From NCBI GenBank assembly GCA_036676495.1, contig JAKFCT010000080.1, positions 32,001 to 96,000 of the forward strand: a stretch of DNA of 64,000 bases. Direction: 5' to 3'. Numbering within the stretch: position 1 is the first letter of the stretch; the number at the start of each line of letters is the position of its first letter. Position numbers and translations under genes: made by a program. Source of the DNA: Candidatus Sericytochromatia bacterium (GTDB lineage: Bacteria; Cyanobacteriota; Sericytochromatia; S15B-MN24; UBA4093). The notes beneath the pieces are model-generated. The model made no database searches, had not been told where the DNA came from, and worked only from the letters and a program-made list of their open reading frames with translations. Shown one piece after another: positions 49,820 through 58,060 of this stretch.

Positions 49820-51121
49820 ATGCGAAACGTGCTGCGCTACGGGTCACTCGGACTGGCCGCGACGCTGCTGATATCGGCATGCACCCCAGCGATGACCGCA
49901 CCTCCGGCCGAGGGTCCTGCCGCTCCCACTCCCCTGGCGCCGGCTGCCGGGGAGTTCCCCGAGGATCTCGCCCCGGAGTTCCCGAGCGACGTGCAGCCGC
50001 TGCAACTGGCTCCCGAAGCCCCGCAGCCTCCCCTCACCGTCAATGATCAAAGGCTGGTCCTTCCGACTGGCGGAAACGTCTCGCTGGATCAGCTTTACCA
50101 GGATCTTCCGGCCTCCATTCCCCAGGACGAAGCCTCCGAGTGGCTCGGCCCCATGCCCGGAGCGATTCCTCAGGGGTTCGGCCAGCCCGGCGCGATTGGC
50201 CCGGGCGCCCTGGGGCCCGGCGGTTACGGGGCTTTTCCCGGCGCCATTCCCGAACTCTTGACCTACAACGCCCTGGCGCGATGCCTCTACTTCCGCTACC
50301 TCAACTTCTACATCCCGTACTACCTGGTGGGGAACGCCTATTACCCTTATGCCTACTCGCCCTACTACAATCCGGGCCTGAGGGGCCTCTACGCCTACCC
50401 GATCTTCTACGGCTACGGAGATTACTGTTATCCCTACACCTTCCTGTCGTCGAGCTACCGCTACGGCTACCCGGATTGGGAGTACTACTGGCCCCTTTAC
50501 CGCTCGCGTTTCACCCACCATTACGATGACGACTTCCGTTCCTACCGGCGCCACTGGGGCCGCCGGGAGTTCCATGGCTGGCTGGATAACCGCCGGCGCG
50601 ACCGCAACCATGAGAACTGGCGCGAGCGGGCCCGCGAGCATCGGCGGGGCGATCGCCCCGGCAACCATGGCAACCGCCCGGGGCCGGACTGGAACGACCG
50701 GCCCGGCAACCATGGCAACCGCCCGGGGCCGGACTGGAACGACCGTCCCGGCAACCATGGCAACCGCCCGGGCCCGGACTGGAACGATCGCCCCGGCAAC
50801 CACGGCAACCGCCCGGGCCCGGACGGGAACGACCGGCCGGGAAAGCATGATCGTCCGGATCGCGACGGCGGCAAGCGCGACGGCGATCGCCCGAACCGGG
50901 GCGGGGAGTCGCATAAGCAGCGGGGCGATGAGCACCGCGGCAAGGGTTCGGATGGCGAACGCAAGTACTCCCGCGGCGAGGGCCAGCAGGTCCGGAGAGG
51001 TGGCGAGCAGCAGGCCAGGCAGCATGAGCGCCGGGATCGCGAGCCGCGGGTCGCGCGGGGCAACCATGAGTCCCGCAAGGGCGGGGATCGCGGGGGGCGC
51101 GGGGATCGCCGCCGGGGCTAG
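49820..51121 (+). CDS. Lipoprotein with Pro-rich, Tyr-rich and R/G/D/H low-complexity repeat regions
   Basis: GAGGAG RBS, lipobox ISAC, composition. Confidence 0.75.
   Translation: MRNVLRYGSLGLAATLLISACTPAMTAPPAEGPAAPTPLAPAAGEFPEDLAPEFPSDVQPLQLAPEAPQPPLTVNDQRLVLPTGGNVSLDQLYQDLPASIPQDEASEWLGPMPGAIPQGFGQPGAIGPGALGPGGYGAFPGAIPELLTYNALARCLYFRYLNFYIPYYLVGNAYYPYAYSPYYNPGLRGLYAYPIFYGYGDYCYPYTFLSSSYRYGYPDWEYYWPLYRSRFTHHYDDDFRSYRRHWGRREFHGWLDNRRRDRNHENWRERAREHRRGDRPGNHGNRPGPDWNDRPGNHGNRPGPDWNDRPGNHGNRPGPDWNDRPGNHGNRPGPDGNDRPGKHDRPDRDGGKRDGDRPNRGGESHKQRGDEHRGKGSDGERKYSRGEGQQVRRGGEQQARQHERRDREPRVARGNHESRKGGDRGGRGDRRRG
50651..50848 (+). repeat. 45-bp tandem repeat, about 4.4 copies (DRPGNHGNRPGPDWN)
   Basis: Units start at 50651, 50696, 50741, 50786; differences are mostly synonymous. 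Confidence 0.92.
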
Positions 51122-51486
51122 CTTCCCGTGTCCAAGGCCTTGAGCATCCGCTTCAAGGCGACGTTACGGTAACTCAGGGTGACCATGCGCTCGATTTCTT
51201 CCCAGGCGAAGCCTCGGTCGAGTTGCAGGGTCACCCAGCCGTGCTGGCCGACGTAGGCCGTCCGCGAGATGCGTGGGTCCTCCAGGTAAAGCGGCTGGTC
51301 ATGCAGGGGCATCTTCACCGACAAGCTCGGATCCCGGGGCTCGGTCCCCACGATCAGGAAGGGCTTCTTGCCTGCTCGGTACGCCGGGTGCGGCGGGTCG
51401 AAGTTCATGGTGTAGGCCTCGACTTCCGGCAGCTTCCGGCAGAAGGAGTCGAGCTTTTCGGCGAACGCCGCGAGATCGAAGGACAT
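51118..51486 (-). CDS. MmcQ/YjbR family protein
   Basis: FCRKLPE...HPAYRAGKKPF...YVGQHGWV...SYR. Start MSFDL. Confidence 0.85.
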   Translation of the reverse strand: MSFDLAAFAEKLDSFCRKLPEVEAYTMNFDPPHPAYRAGKKPFLIVGTEPRDPSLSVKMPLHDQPLYLEDPRISRTAYVGQHGWVTLQLDRGFAWEEIERMVTLSYRNVALKRMLKALDTGS

Positions 51487-51496
51487 GGGCGCCGCC

Positions 51497-52387
51497 TCAG
51501 TAGGTCTCGGCATGCCAGCGGTGGGCCTTTTTGAGTTGCGGCAGCAGCATCTCCCAGTCGGCGCCATGCTTGGCGGCCATGGCGGCGAAGGCTTCCTCGA
51601 CGCCCTTTTCCATGCCCTTGATGCCGCACATGTAGACGATGGCTTGCCGTTCGGCCAGGAGCGGCCAGAGGGCGTCGGCATGCTCGGCCAGGCGGTGCTG
51701 CACGTAGACCCGCTTGCCGTCGGCGGTCTGCTGCTCGCGGCTGATGGCGAGGCTCAGTTTGAGGGCACCGGACTCGGCCAGGGGGCGGATCTCCTCATGG
51801 TAGAGTATCTCGGGGCTGGTCGGGACCCCGAAGAAGAGCCATGCTTCCGTCACGTCCTGGTGGGCGGCCAGCTGCTCCCAGAAGGCGCGGAAGGGGGCGA
51901 TGCCCGTCCCCGTGGCGATCATGATGAGCGGGATCGTGGGATCTTCCGGCAGCAGGAAGGTTCGGCCCACCGGTCCGGTGGTCTGGACCTGCGCGCCGGG
52001 CTGCAGGTCGCAGAGATAGTTCGTGGCGACTCCCAGGCGCTCGACGCCGGTCTCGGGATCCGTGTAGCGAACCCGCTTGACGCAGAGCGAGACGGTATCG
52101 CCCTTGCCGTCGTCGCCCGCCCGCTTCGAGGCCACCGAGTAAAGCCGGAGCTTGTGCGGCTTTCCGGCGTCATCCGTGCCGGGGGGCAGGACGCCGATGC
52201 TCTGGCCTTCCAGGTAGCGGAAAGCGCCCTCGGGATACTGGAGGACCAGGTGCTGGACGTCGCTGGGATGGCCCTCGGGGGTGAGCCGCGTCTTCGAGAC
52301 GAGGGTCATGGGCAGGGGCTCCTGCGGCTTGAAGAGGTTGATGGGGATGTCGCGCTTGGCCGGCGTGGGGTTCGTCGTGGTATCCAT
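51497..52387 (-). CDS. petH: Ferredoxin-NADP+ reductase, plastidic/PetH type, no CpcD domain
   Basis: YLEGQSIGVLPPG, HKLRLYSVAS, VSLCVKR, ATGTGIAPFR, YMCGIKGME, terminal ETY. Confidence 0.88.
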   Translation of the reverse strand: MDTTTNPTPAKRDIPINLFKPQEPLPMTLVSKTRLTPEGHPSDVQHLVLQYPEGAFRYLEGQSIGVLPPGTDDAGKPHKLRLYSVASKRAGDDGKGDTVSLCVKRVRYTDPETGVERLGVATNYLCDLQPGAQVQTTGPVGRTFLLPEDPTIPLIMIATGTGIAPFRAFWEQLAAHQDVTEAWLFFGVPTSPEILYHEEIRPLAESGALKLSLAISREQQTADGKRVYVQHRLAEHADALWPLLAERQAIVYMCGIKGMEKGVEEAFAAMAAKHGADWEMLLPQLKKAHRWHAETY

Positions 52388-52553
52388 CGGGCACCTCCAA
52401 ATATCCTAGAGCGAACGTCGGATCTTCCGGGCGGCGAGTGCTGGAGTCTCCTCCTCCCGTTAAGCCTGAGGGGCGCGCGGGGTTTTGTCAAACCCTCGCG
52501 GCTTGCGTCGGCGCCGCGCTCCTGCGAGCATGGATCCAGAAAGGTAGGAATGC

Positions 52554-53072
52554 ATGCCGAACGCGATTCAATCCCCCCTCCGGGTCCGCTACGCCGAGAC
52601 CGACGCCCAGCAGGTGGTCTATCACTCGAACTACCTGGTCTACTTCGAGGTCGGCCGCGGCGACTTCCTGCGCGCCGTGGGCGTGGACTACAACGCGATG
52701 GAGGCGTCCGGGGCCTTCGTGGTGGTGGTCGAGGCCAACGTGCGCTACCATGCGCCGGCCCGCTACGATGACGAGCTGGTCGTTCATACCTGGTTGGACG
52801 AGGTCCGGACCCGCAGCATGCGCTTCGCGTACCGGGTGACCCGCGGCTCCGGGGCCGAGGAGACGACGATCGCGTCCGGCTGGACGGCGCATGTGGTGGT
52901 CAATCGGGAGGGCCGGCCGGTGCCGATTCCACAGGCGCTGCGTCAGGCGATCGCCGAGGCGGGACTCGCCCCTGTGGGGATCGCCCCTGTGGGGATCGCC
53001 CCTGTGGGGATCGCCCCTGAGGCCCCGGAAGCCGAGTTCAAGGGCGACGCCGTCATCTCCCCGCAGGCCTAG
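52554..53072 (+). CDS. YbgC-family acyl-CoA thioesterase
   Basis: RVRYAETDAQQVVYHSNYLVYFEVGR. Confidence 0.9.
   Translation: MPNAIQSPLRVRYAETDAQQVVYHSNYLVYFEVGRGDFLRAVGVDYNAMEASGAFVVVVEANVRYHAPARYDDELVVHTWLDEVRTRSMRFAYRVTRGSGAEETTIASGWTAHVVVNREGRPVPIPQALRQAIAEAGLAPVGIAPVGIAPVGIAPEAPEAEFKGDAVISPQA
52966..53019 (+). repeat. Perfect 15-bp tandem repeat, 3.6 copies (TCGCCCCTGTGGGGA)
   Basis: Identical units encoding APVGI in the thioesterase tail. Confidence 0.92.
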
Positions 53073-53776
53073 CCGCGCCGGGGTTTTCCCCCTTTGGGAG
53101 CCCGTCCCTTGGGCCCAGGTCCTTTGGGGCGTGGCCCCTTGGCATGCGGGCTCTTGGCGGCGGAGCGCTGGGAAGTGCCCCGGCTTTCCGCCTGCTCGGC
53201 CGCCGTTCGAGACAGTTGCTTCAGGGCGACGACCTCGTCGGGGCTCAGTTCCCGCCAGTCTCCCGGGGCGAGATCTCTCAGGGAGACCGGCCCCAGGGCG
53301 ACGCGGTAGATGCGCAGGGTGGGGAAGCCCACCGCCGCGGTCATGCGCCGGATCTGGCGGTTGCGTCCCTCGCGGAGCCGGATTTCCAGCCACGCGGTGG
53401 GCACGTTCTTGCGGAAGCGCACCGGCACGGGACGCTCAGGAAGCTCGGGCGCATCCGCGAGCAGCCTCACCTCCGCGGGGCGGGTCCGCTCACCCTGGAT
53501 CACGACGCCATGGCGCAGGTGTTCGAGCGCGGCCTCGTCGGGAACGCGCTCGACCTGGACCCAGTAGGTCTTGGGATGCTCGTAGCGGGGATCCGTGAGG
53601 CGATGCGCCAGGGGGCCGTCATCGGTCAGGAGCAGCAAGCCCTCCGAGTCCATGTCGAGCCTTCCCACCGGGTAGACCCCGGGGACGGGGACGTAGCCCT
53701 TGAGGGTCTTGGCGGGATCGTCTCCGGAGAACTGGGAGAGGACGTCGTAGGGCTTGTTCAGCATCAGGTAGCGCAT
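53069..53776 (-). CDS. RsuA/RluE-family pseudouridine synthase
   Basis: NKPYDVLSQF, GRLDMDSEGLLLLTDDG, EGRNRQIRRM. Confidence 0.93.
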   Translation of the reverse strand: MRYLMLNKPYDVLSQFSGDDPAKTLKGYVPVPGVYPVGRLDMDSEGLLLLTDDGPLAHRLTDPRYEHPKTYWVQVERVPDEAALEHLRHGVVIQGERTRPAEVRLLADAPELPERPVPVRFRKNVPTAWLEIRLREGRNRQIRRMTAAVGFPTLRIYRVALGPVSLRDLAPGDWRELSPDEVVALKQLSRTAAEQAESRGTSQRSAAKSPHAKGPRPKGPGPKGRAPKGGKPRRG

Positions 53777-53837
53777 GGGGTTCCATGCTAGAGCATCACG
53801 GCGCGAGACGCCAGTGTTTTCGCCGTCGACGCCAGCG

Positions 53838-53869
53838 AAGAGGCCGTCCCCCGAGGGGGACGGCCTCTT
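53838..53869 (-). terminator. Strong hairpin after the RND gene
   Basis: Perfect 14-bp stem AAGAGGCCGTCCCC-cgag-GGGGACGGCCTCTT. Confidence 0.6.
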
Positions 53870-53878
53870 GCGTTCCGG

Positions 53879-56800
53879 CTAGGCCGGGGTTTCGGCGGTA
53901 TCGACCACGGCGGTCCGGGTCTTGGGTCCCTCCAGGTGAAGGAACTTCTTCCGGTACCAGGTCTCGAAGTCATCCATGAGCGAGAACGCCACGGGGACGA
54001 CGATCAGGGTGAGCAGGGTCGAGGTGATGAGGCCGCCCACGACGACGACCGCCATGGGGTAGCGGAACTCGGCGCCCGCGCCGATGCCCGCCGCCATCGG
54101 GGCCATGCCCATGACCATCGCGGCGGTGGTCATGAGGATCGGCCGCAGCCGGACCGGGCCGGCCTCGAGGAGGGCTTCCAAGGTGCCGTAGCCCTTGTCC
54201 TTGAGCTGAAGGGTGAAGTCGACCACCAAGATGGCGTTCTTGGTGACGATGCCCATCAGCATGATCACGCCGATCATGGCCATCATGCCGAGCTCCGACT
54301 GGGTCAGCAGCAGGGCGAGGAACGCGCCCGCGATGGACAGCGGGAGGCTGAACATGATGGTGAAGGGGTGAACGAAGCTCTCGAACTGGACCGCCAGGAT
54401 GATGTAGATGAAGACGATGGCCAGGGCCAGGGCGCCCAGCAGGCCGGTGAAGGCCTCTTGCATCTGTTCGGCTTCACCACCCTGGACCAGCTCCACGCCC
54501 TCGGGCAGGTCGAGCTCCTTCTTGAGCTTCTCGACGACCTGGAAGGCTTCGCCGGTCGAGACGCCCGGCATGAGGTTGGCGAGCACGTTCACCACGCGCT
54601 CGCGGTCCTCGCGCCGGATCGACGAGACGCCGGAGCCGACCTGTTCGTTGACGACCGCCGAGACCGGGACCAGGCCGCGGGCGCCGGGGACGCTCAGGGC
54701 CTTGACGGCGGTCAGGCTTTGCCGGGACTCGGGAGCGACCTGGAGGCGGATGTCGAGCTCGTCGTCTCCCTGGATCAGGGTGCCCACGACATCGCCGGTG
54801 GTGGCGAGCCGCAGGGTGTTGGCGAGGTTGGCGGCGGAGACGCCCTCGGCGGCCGCGCGGGCGCGGTCGAACTGGAGCTGGATCTCCGGCCGGGTCAACG
54901 ACAGCGAGGTGTCGACGTCGGCGTAGAGGTCCGACCGGCTACGCAGCAGATCGGCCATCTTCTCGCCGTAGATGCGCAACTCGTCGAGGTTGGGGCCGCG
55001 CAGCGCGATGTTGATCGGGGTGTTCATCTCGCTGGCGCCGCCGACCATGCCGGCGATCATGATCTTGGCGCGGATGCCGGGGATGGCGGCAACCTCGTTG
55101 CGGATCTTCTCGGCGAGCACGGTGTCCTTGATGTTGCGCTTGCTCTTGTCGACCAGGAGGACGCCCAGGGTGGCGGAGTCGATCTCCTCGCGGCCGCCGA
55201 TGGTGGTGAAGACGTTCTCCACCTCGGGGTGCTTCTTGATGATCTCGACGACGCGCTTGGACATCTCGCCGGTCTCGGTGAGGGTCGCGCCCTTGGGCAA
55301 TTGGACCTTGAGGTTGAACTCGCCGCGGTCGGCCGAGGTCATGAAGGTCTTGGGGATGAAGGGCACGAGGGCCATGCCGAAGATGAAGGAGGCCGTGGCG
55401 AGGCCCATGACCTTCCAGCGGTTCTTCAGCGACCATGCGAGGATCCGGCGGTAGGGCTTGGCGAGCGGGAAGGACGTTTCGGCGTCCTCGCTCATGCCGC
55501 CCTTGCCGTGCGAGACCTTGAGGAAGCGCGCCGAGATCATCGGGGTGATGGTGCGCGCGACCAGGAGGGAGAAGAGCACGGCGAAGGCGACGGTGAGGCC
55601 GAATTCCTTGAAGAACTTGCCGATCATGCCCGTCATGAAGGCGACGGGCACGAAGACCGCCACGATCGTGAGGGTACATGCGGTGACGGCCAGCTGGATC
55701 TCGCCGGTGGCGTTGATGGCGGCGCGCAGGGGCGGCTCGCCCTTCTCCATGTGCCGGTAGATGTTCTCGAGGTCCACGACCGCGTCGTCGACCACGATGC
55801 CGACCACCAGGGTCAGGGCCAGGGTGGTGAGCATGTTGAACGAGAAGCCCATGAGATCCATCGCCCAGAAGGTGGAGACGATCGAGATGGGGATGGCCAT
55901 GCCGCCGATCAGGGTGGCGCGCCAGTTCCGCAGGAAGGCGAAGAGGATCACGACGGCCAGGAAGCCGCCGACGATCAGGTGCTCCCAGACGGACATGTTG
56001 GATTCTTTGATGTACTCCGAGGTGTCCTGGACGGTGGTGAACTTGGCGCCGGGAGGCAGGGTGGCTTCCAGCTTGTGGAACTGCTTCTCGACGTTCGAGA
56101 CCACCTGGACGGTGTTGGCGCCGGCCTGCTTGAAGAGCGTGAACATGACCGCGGGCTCGTTGTTGACGAAGCCCAGGGAGCGCGGCTCCTCGATGCTCTG
56201 CCAGACCTTGCCGAGGTCGCCGATGCGCACGCGGTTGCCGGTGGGGGTGGAGACCTGGAAGTTGCTGATGTCCTCGACCGACTGGAACTTGCCCATCGCG
56301 CGCAGCGAGAGCTCCTGGCCGTGCTCGGTGATGCGGCCGCCGGGTAGGTTCATGCTGTCGGCCTTGAGGGTCTGGAACAAGCCCGCGACGGAGAGCCCGT
56401 AGGTCTTGAGGCGGGTGGGATCCAGGTCGATGTGGATCTCGCGGACCCGGCCGCCGAGGATGTCCACCGAGCCGACGCCGCTGATGCGCTCGAGCCGGGG
56501 CTTGAGCACGTCCTCGACGTAGTCGGTGAGCTCCTGGGGCGACTGGGGACCGTTGATGGCGAAGCTGGCGATCGGAGCGCTGGAGGGGTCGAAGAGCAGG
56601 ATCGTCGGCTCGATGATGTCCTTGGGCAGGGTGCCGCGGATGAGCGACACCTTCTCCCGGACGTCCTGGGCGGCGACCTTGTTATCGATCTCGATCTTGA
56701 ACTGGGCGACGACCGTCGAAACGCCCTCGTTCGAGTAGGAGTGAAGCGTGTCGAGGCCGTTGATCGAGGAGATGGCCTCCTCGAGCGGCTTCGAGATCAG

Positions 56801-56983
56801 CTCCTCGATCTCGGCGGGAGCCGCCCCGGGGTAGACGGTGCTGACCACGACCACCGGGAACTCCACGTCGGGGAAGAGGTCCATGTTCAGCTTGCTGAAG
56901 CCCATCATCCCCAGGATGAGCAAGAGGGTCATCAGCATGGTGGTGGTGACGGGCCTGCGAATGAAGAGTTCGGAGAAGTTCAT
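53879..56983 (-). CDS. RND efflux permease (AcrB/HAE1 family)
   Basis: FIRRPV, GIVVDDAVV..ENI, GIVTKNAIL, RLRPILMT. Confidence 0.95.
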   Translation of the reverse strand: MNFSELFIRRPVTTTMLMTLLLILGMMGFSKLNMDLFPDVEFPVVVVSTVYPGAAPAEIEELISKPLEEAISSINGLDTLHSYSNEGVSTVVAQFKIEIDNKVAAQDVREKVSLIRGTLPKDIIEPTILLFDPSSAPIASFAINGPQSPQELTDYVEDVLKPRLERISGVGSVDILGGRVREIHIDLDPTRLKTYGLSVAGLFQTLKADSMNLPGGRITEHGQELSLRAMGKFQSVEDISNFQVSTPTGNRVRIGDLGKVWQSIEEPRSLGFVNNEPAVMFTLFKQAGANTVQVVSNVEKQFHKLEATLPPGAKFTTVQDTSEYIKESNMSVWEHLIVGGFLAVVILFAFLRNWRATLIGGMAIPISIVSTFWAMDLMGFSFNMLTTLALTLVVGIVVDDAVVDLENIYRHMEKGEPPLRAAINATGEIQLAVTACTLTIVAVFVPVAFMTGMIGKFFKEFGLTVAFAVLFSLLVARTITPMISARFLKVSHGKGGMSEDAETSFPLAKPYRRILAWSLKNRWKVMGLATASFIFGMALVPFIPKTFMTSADRGEFNLKVQLPKGATLTETGEMSKRVVEIIKKHPEVENVFTTIGGREEIDSATLGVLLVDKSKRNIKDTVLAEKIRNEVAAIPGIRAKIMIAGMVGGASEMNTPINIALRGPNLDELRIYGEKMADLLRSRSDLYADVDTSLSLTRPEIQLQFDRARAAAEGVSAANLANTLRLATTGDVVGTLIQGDDELDIRLQVAPESRQSLTAVKALSVPGARGLVPVSAVVNEQVGSGVSSIRREDRERVVNVLANLMPGVSTGEAFQVVEKLKKELDLPEGVELVQGGEAEQMQEAFTGLLGALALAIVFIYIILAVQFESFVHPFTIMFSLPLSIAGAFLALLLTQSELGMMAMIGVIMLMGIVTKNAILVVDFTLQLKDKGYGTLEALLEAGPVRLRPILMTTAAMVMGMAPMAAGIGAGAEFRYPMAVVVVGGLITSTLLTLIVVPVAFSLMDDFETWYRKKFLHLEGPKTRTAVVDTAETPA

Positions 56984-56986
56984 CGG

Positions 56987-58060
56987 TTATCTCCGCGCGA
57001 TCTTGGAGCCGTCCTTGAGGAAGGCCCCCCCCTCGGAGACGACCGGCGCGCCGGCATCGAGGCCCGAGAGGATTTCGACCTGAGCGCCCTCGCGGATGCC
57101 GGTCTGGATGTTGACGCGCTTGGCCTTGCCTTCGTTTTCGAGGTAGACGAAGGCCTGGGATCCGTCGGTCTGGACCGCGCTGGCGGGAAGCACCAGGGCC
57201 TTGCGGCTCTGGGTCTGGATGGTGCCGCGGACGAACATGCCCACTTTGAGCTGGCCGCCCTTGCCGAGATCGATCTTGGCCTTGATCTGGCGGGTCTGTG
57301 GGTCGACCGAAGGGCTGACCTCGCGGATCTTGCCGGTGAAGATCTCCCCAGGGAAGGCGGCCGACTCGACCTGCACGGGAGCGCCGACCCTCAGGTGGGC
57401 CATCTCCTGCTCGGGCACGTTGACCTGCAGCTCCAGGGGGCCCGCCTCGGCGATGGTGAAGAGCGGGTTGCTGGGCATGGCCATGACGCCGATCTCGGCG
57501 GCCCGGTCGATCACGACGCCCGAGATGGGAGAGGTGACCGTGGCGTTCTCCCGCTGGGTTTCGAGCAGGCGAATGGCGGCCTTGATCTGCTTGGTCTGAG
57601 CTTCCGCGACCTTTAGCTGGGTGAGAGCGCCCTCGTACTGCTGCTGGCTCACCGCGCCCTGGTCCACCAGGGTCCGCATGCGATCCAGGTTGCTCTTGGC
57701 ATTCTCGAGGTTGGCCTGAGCCGTGAGAAGGGAGGCCTTCTGCTGCTGCATCTGCCATTCCATCTCGGGGCTCTCGATCTGGGCGAGGGTCTGACCCGCC
57801 TTCACGGCGGATCCTTCGTCCACCATTACCGCGAGGACCCGCCCGGAGAGCTTGGGCAGGATCTTGACCTCGGAGCGGGCGGCGATGTTGCCTTCGACCA
57901 CCAGCGGCCGGGAGATCTGGCCCTGCTCCGCGGAGACGACGGCGACCGAGACGGCCTGCTCCTGCACCTTATCGGCGTTCGAGTTTTTGGACTCCCCCTT
58001 TTGGCAACCGACGACGCCGATCACCAGCAGCGGGACGAGACCCCAAGCGATACGCTTCAC
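56987..58060 (-). CDS. RND periplasmic adaptor (lipoprotein)
   Basis: Lipobox VVGC; V.EG..VKAGQ.L, SPISG, GMF, VEILSGL. Confidence 0.94.
   Translation of the reverse strand: MKRIAWGLVPLLVIGVVGCQKGESKNSNADKVQEQAVSVAVVSAEQGQISRPLVVEGNIAARSEVKILPKLSGRVLAVMVDEGSAVKAGQTLAQIESPEMEWQMQQQKASLLTAQANLENAKSNLDRMRTLVDQGAVSQQQYEGALTQLKVAEAQTKQIKAAIRLLETQRENATVTSPISGVVIDRAAEIGVMAMPSNPLFTIAEAGPLELQVNVPEQEMAHLRVGAPVQVESAAFPGEIFTGKIREVSPSVDPQTRQIKAKIDLGKGGQLKVGMFVRGTIQTQSRKALVLPASAVQTDGSQAFVYLENEGKAKRVNIQTGIREGAQVEILSGLDAGAPVVSEGGAFLKDGSKIARR

Noticed and set aside
50651-50848. Repeats as a CRISPR array
   Set aside because: Contiguous in-frame coding repeats with no unique spacers and no cas genes.
52481-52494. 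GTTTTGTCA as a second copy of the MITE end
   Set aside because: Only 9 bp match and no partner repeat. More simply the TTGACA -35 element of the FNR gene on the minus strand.
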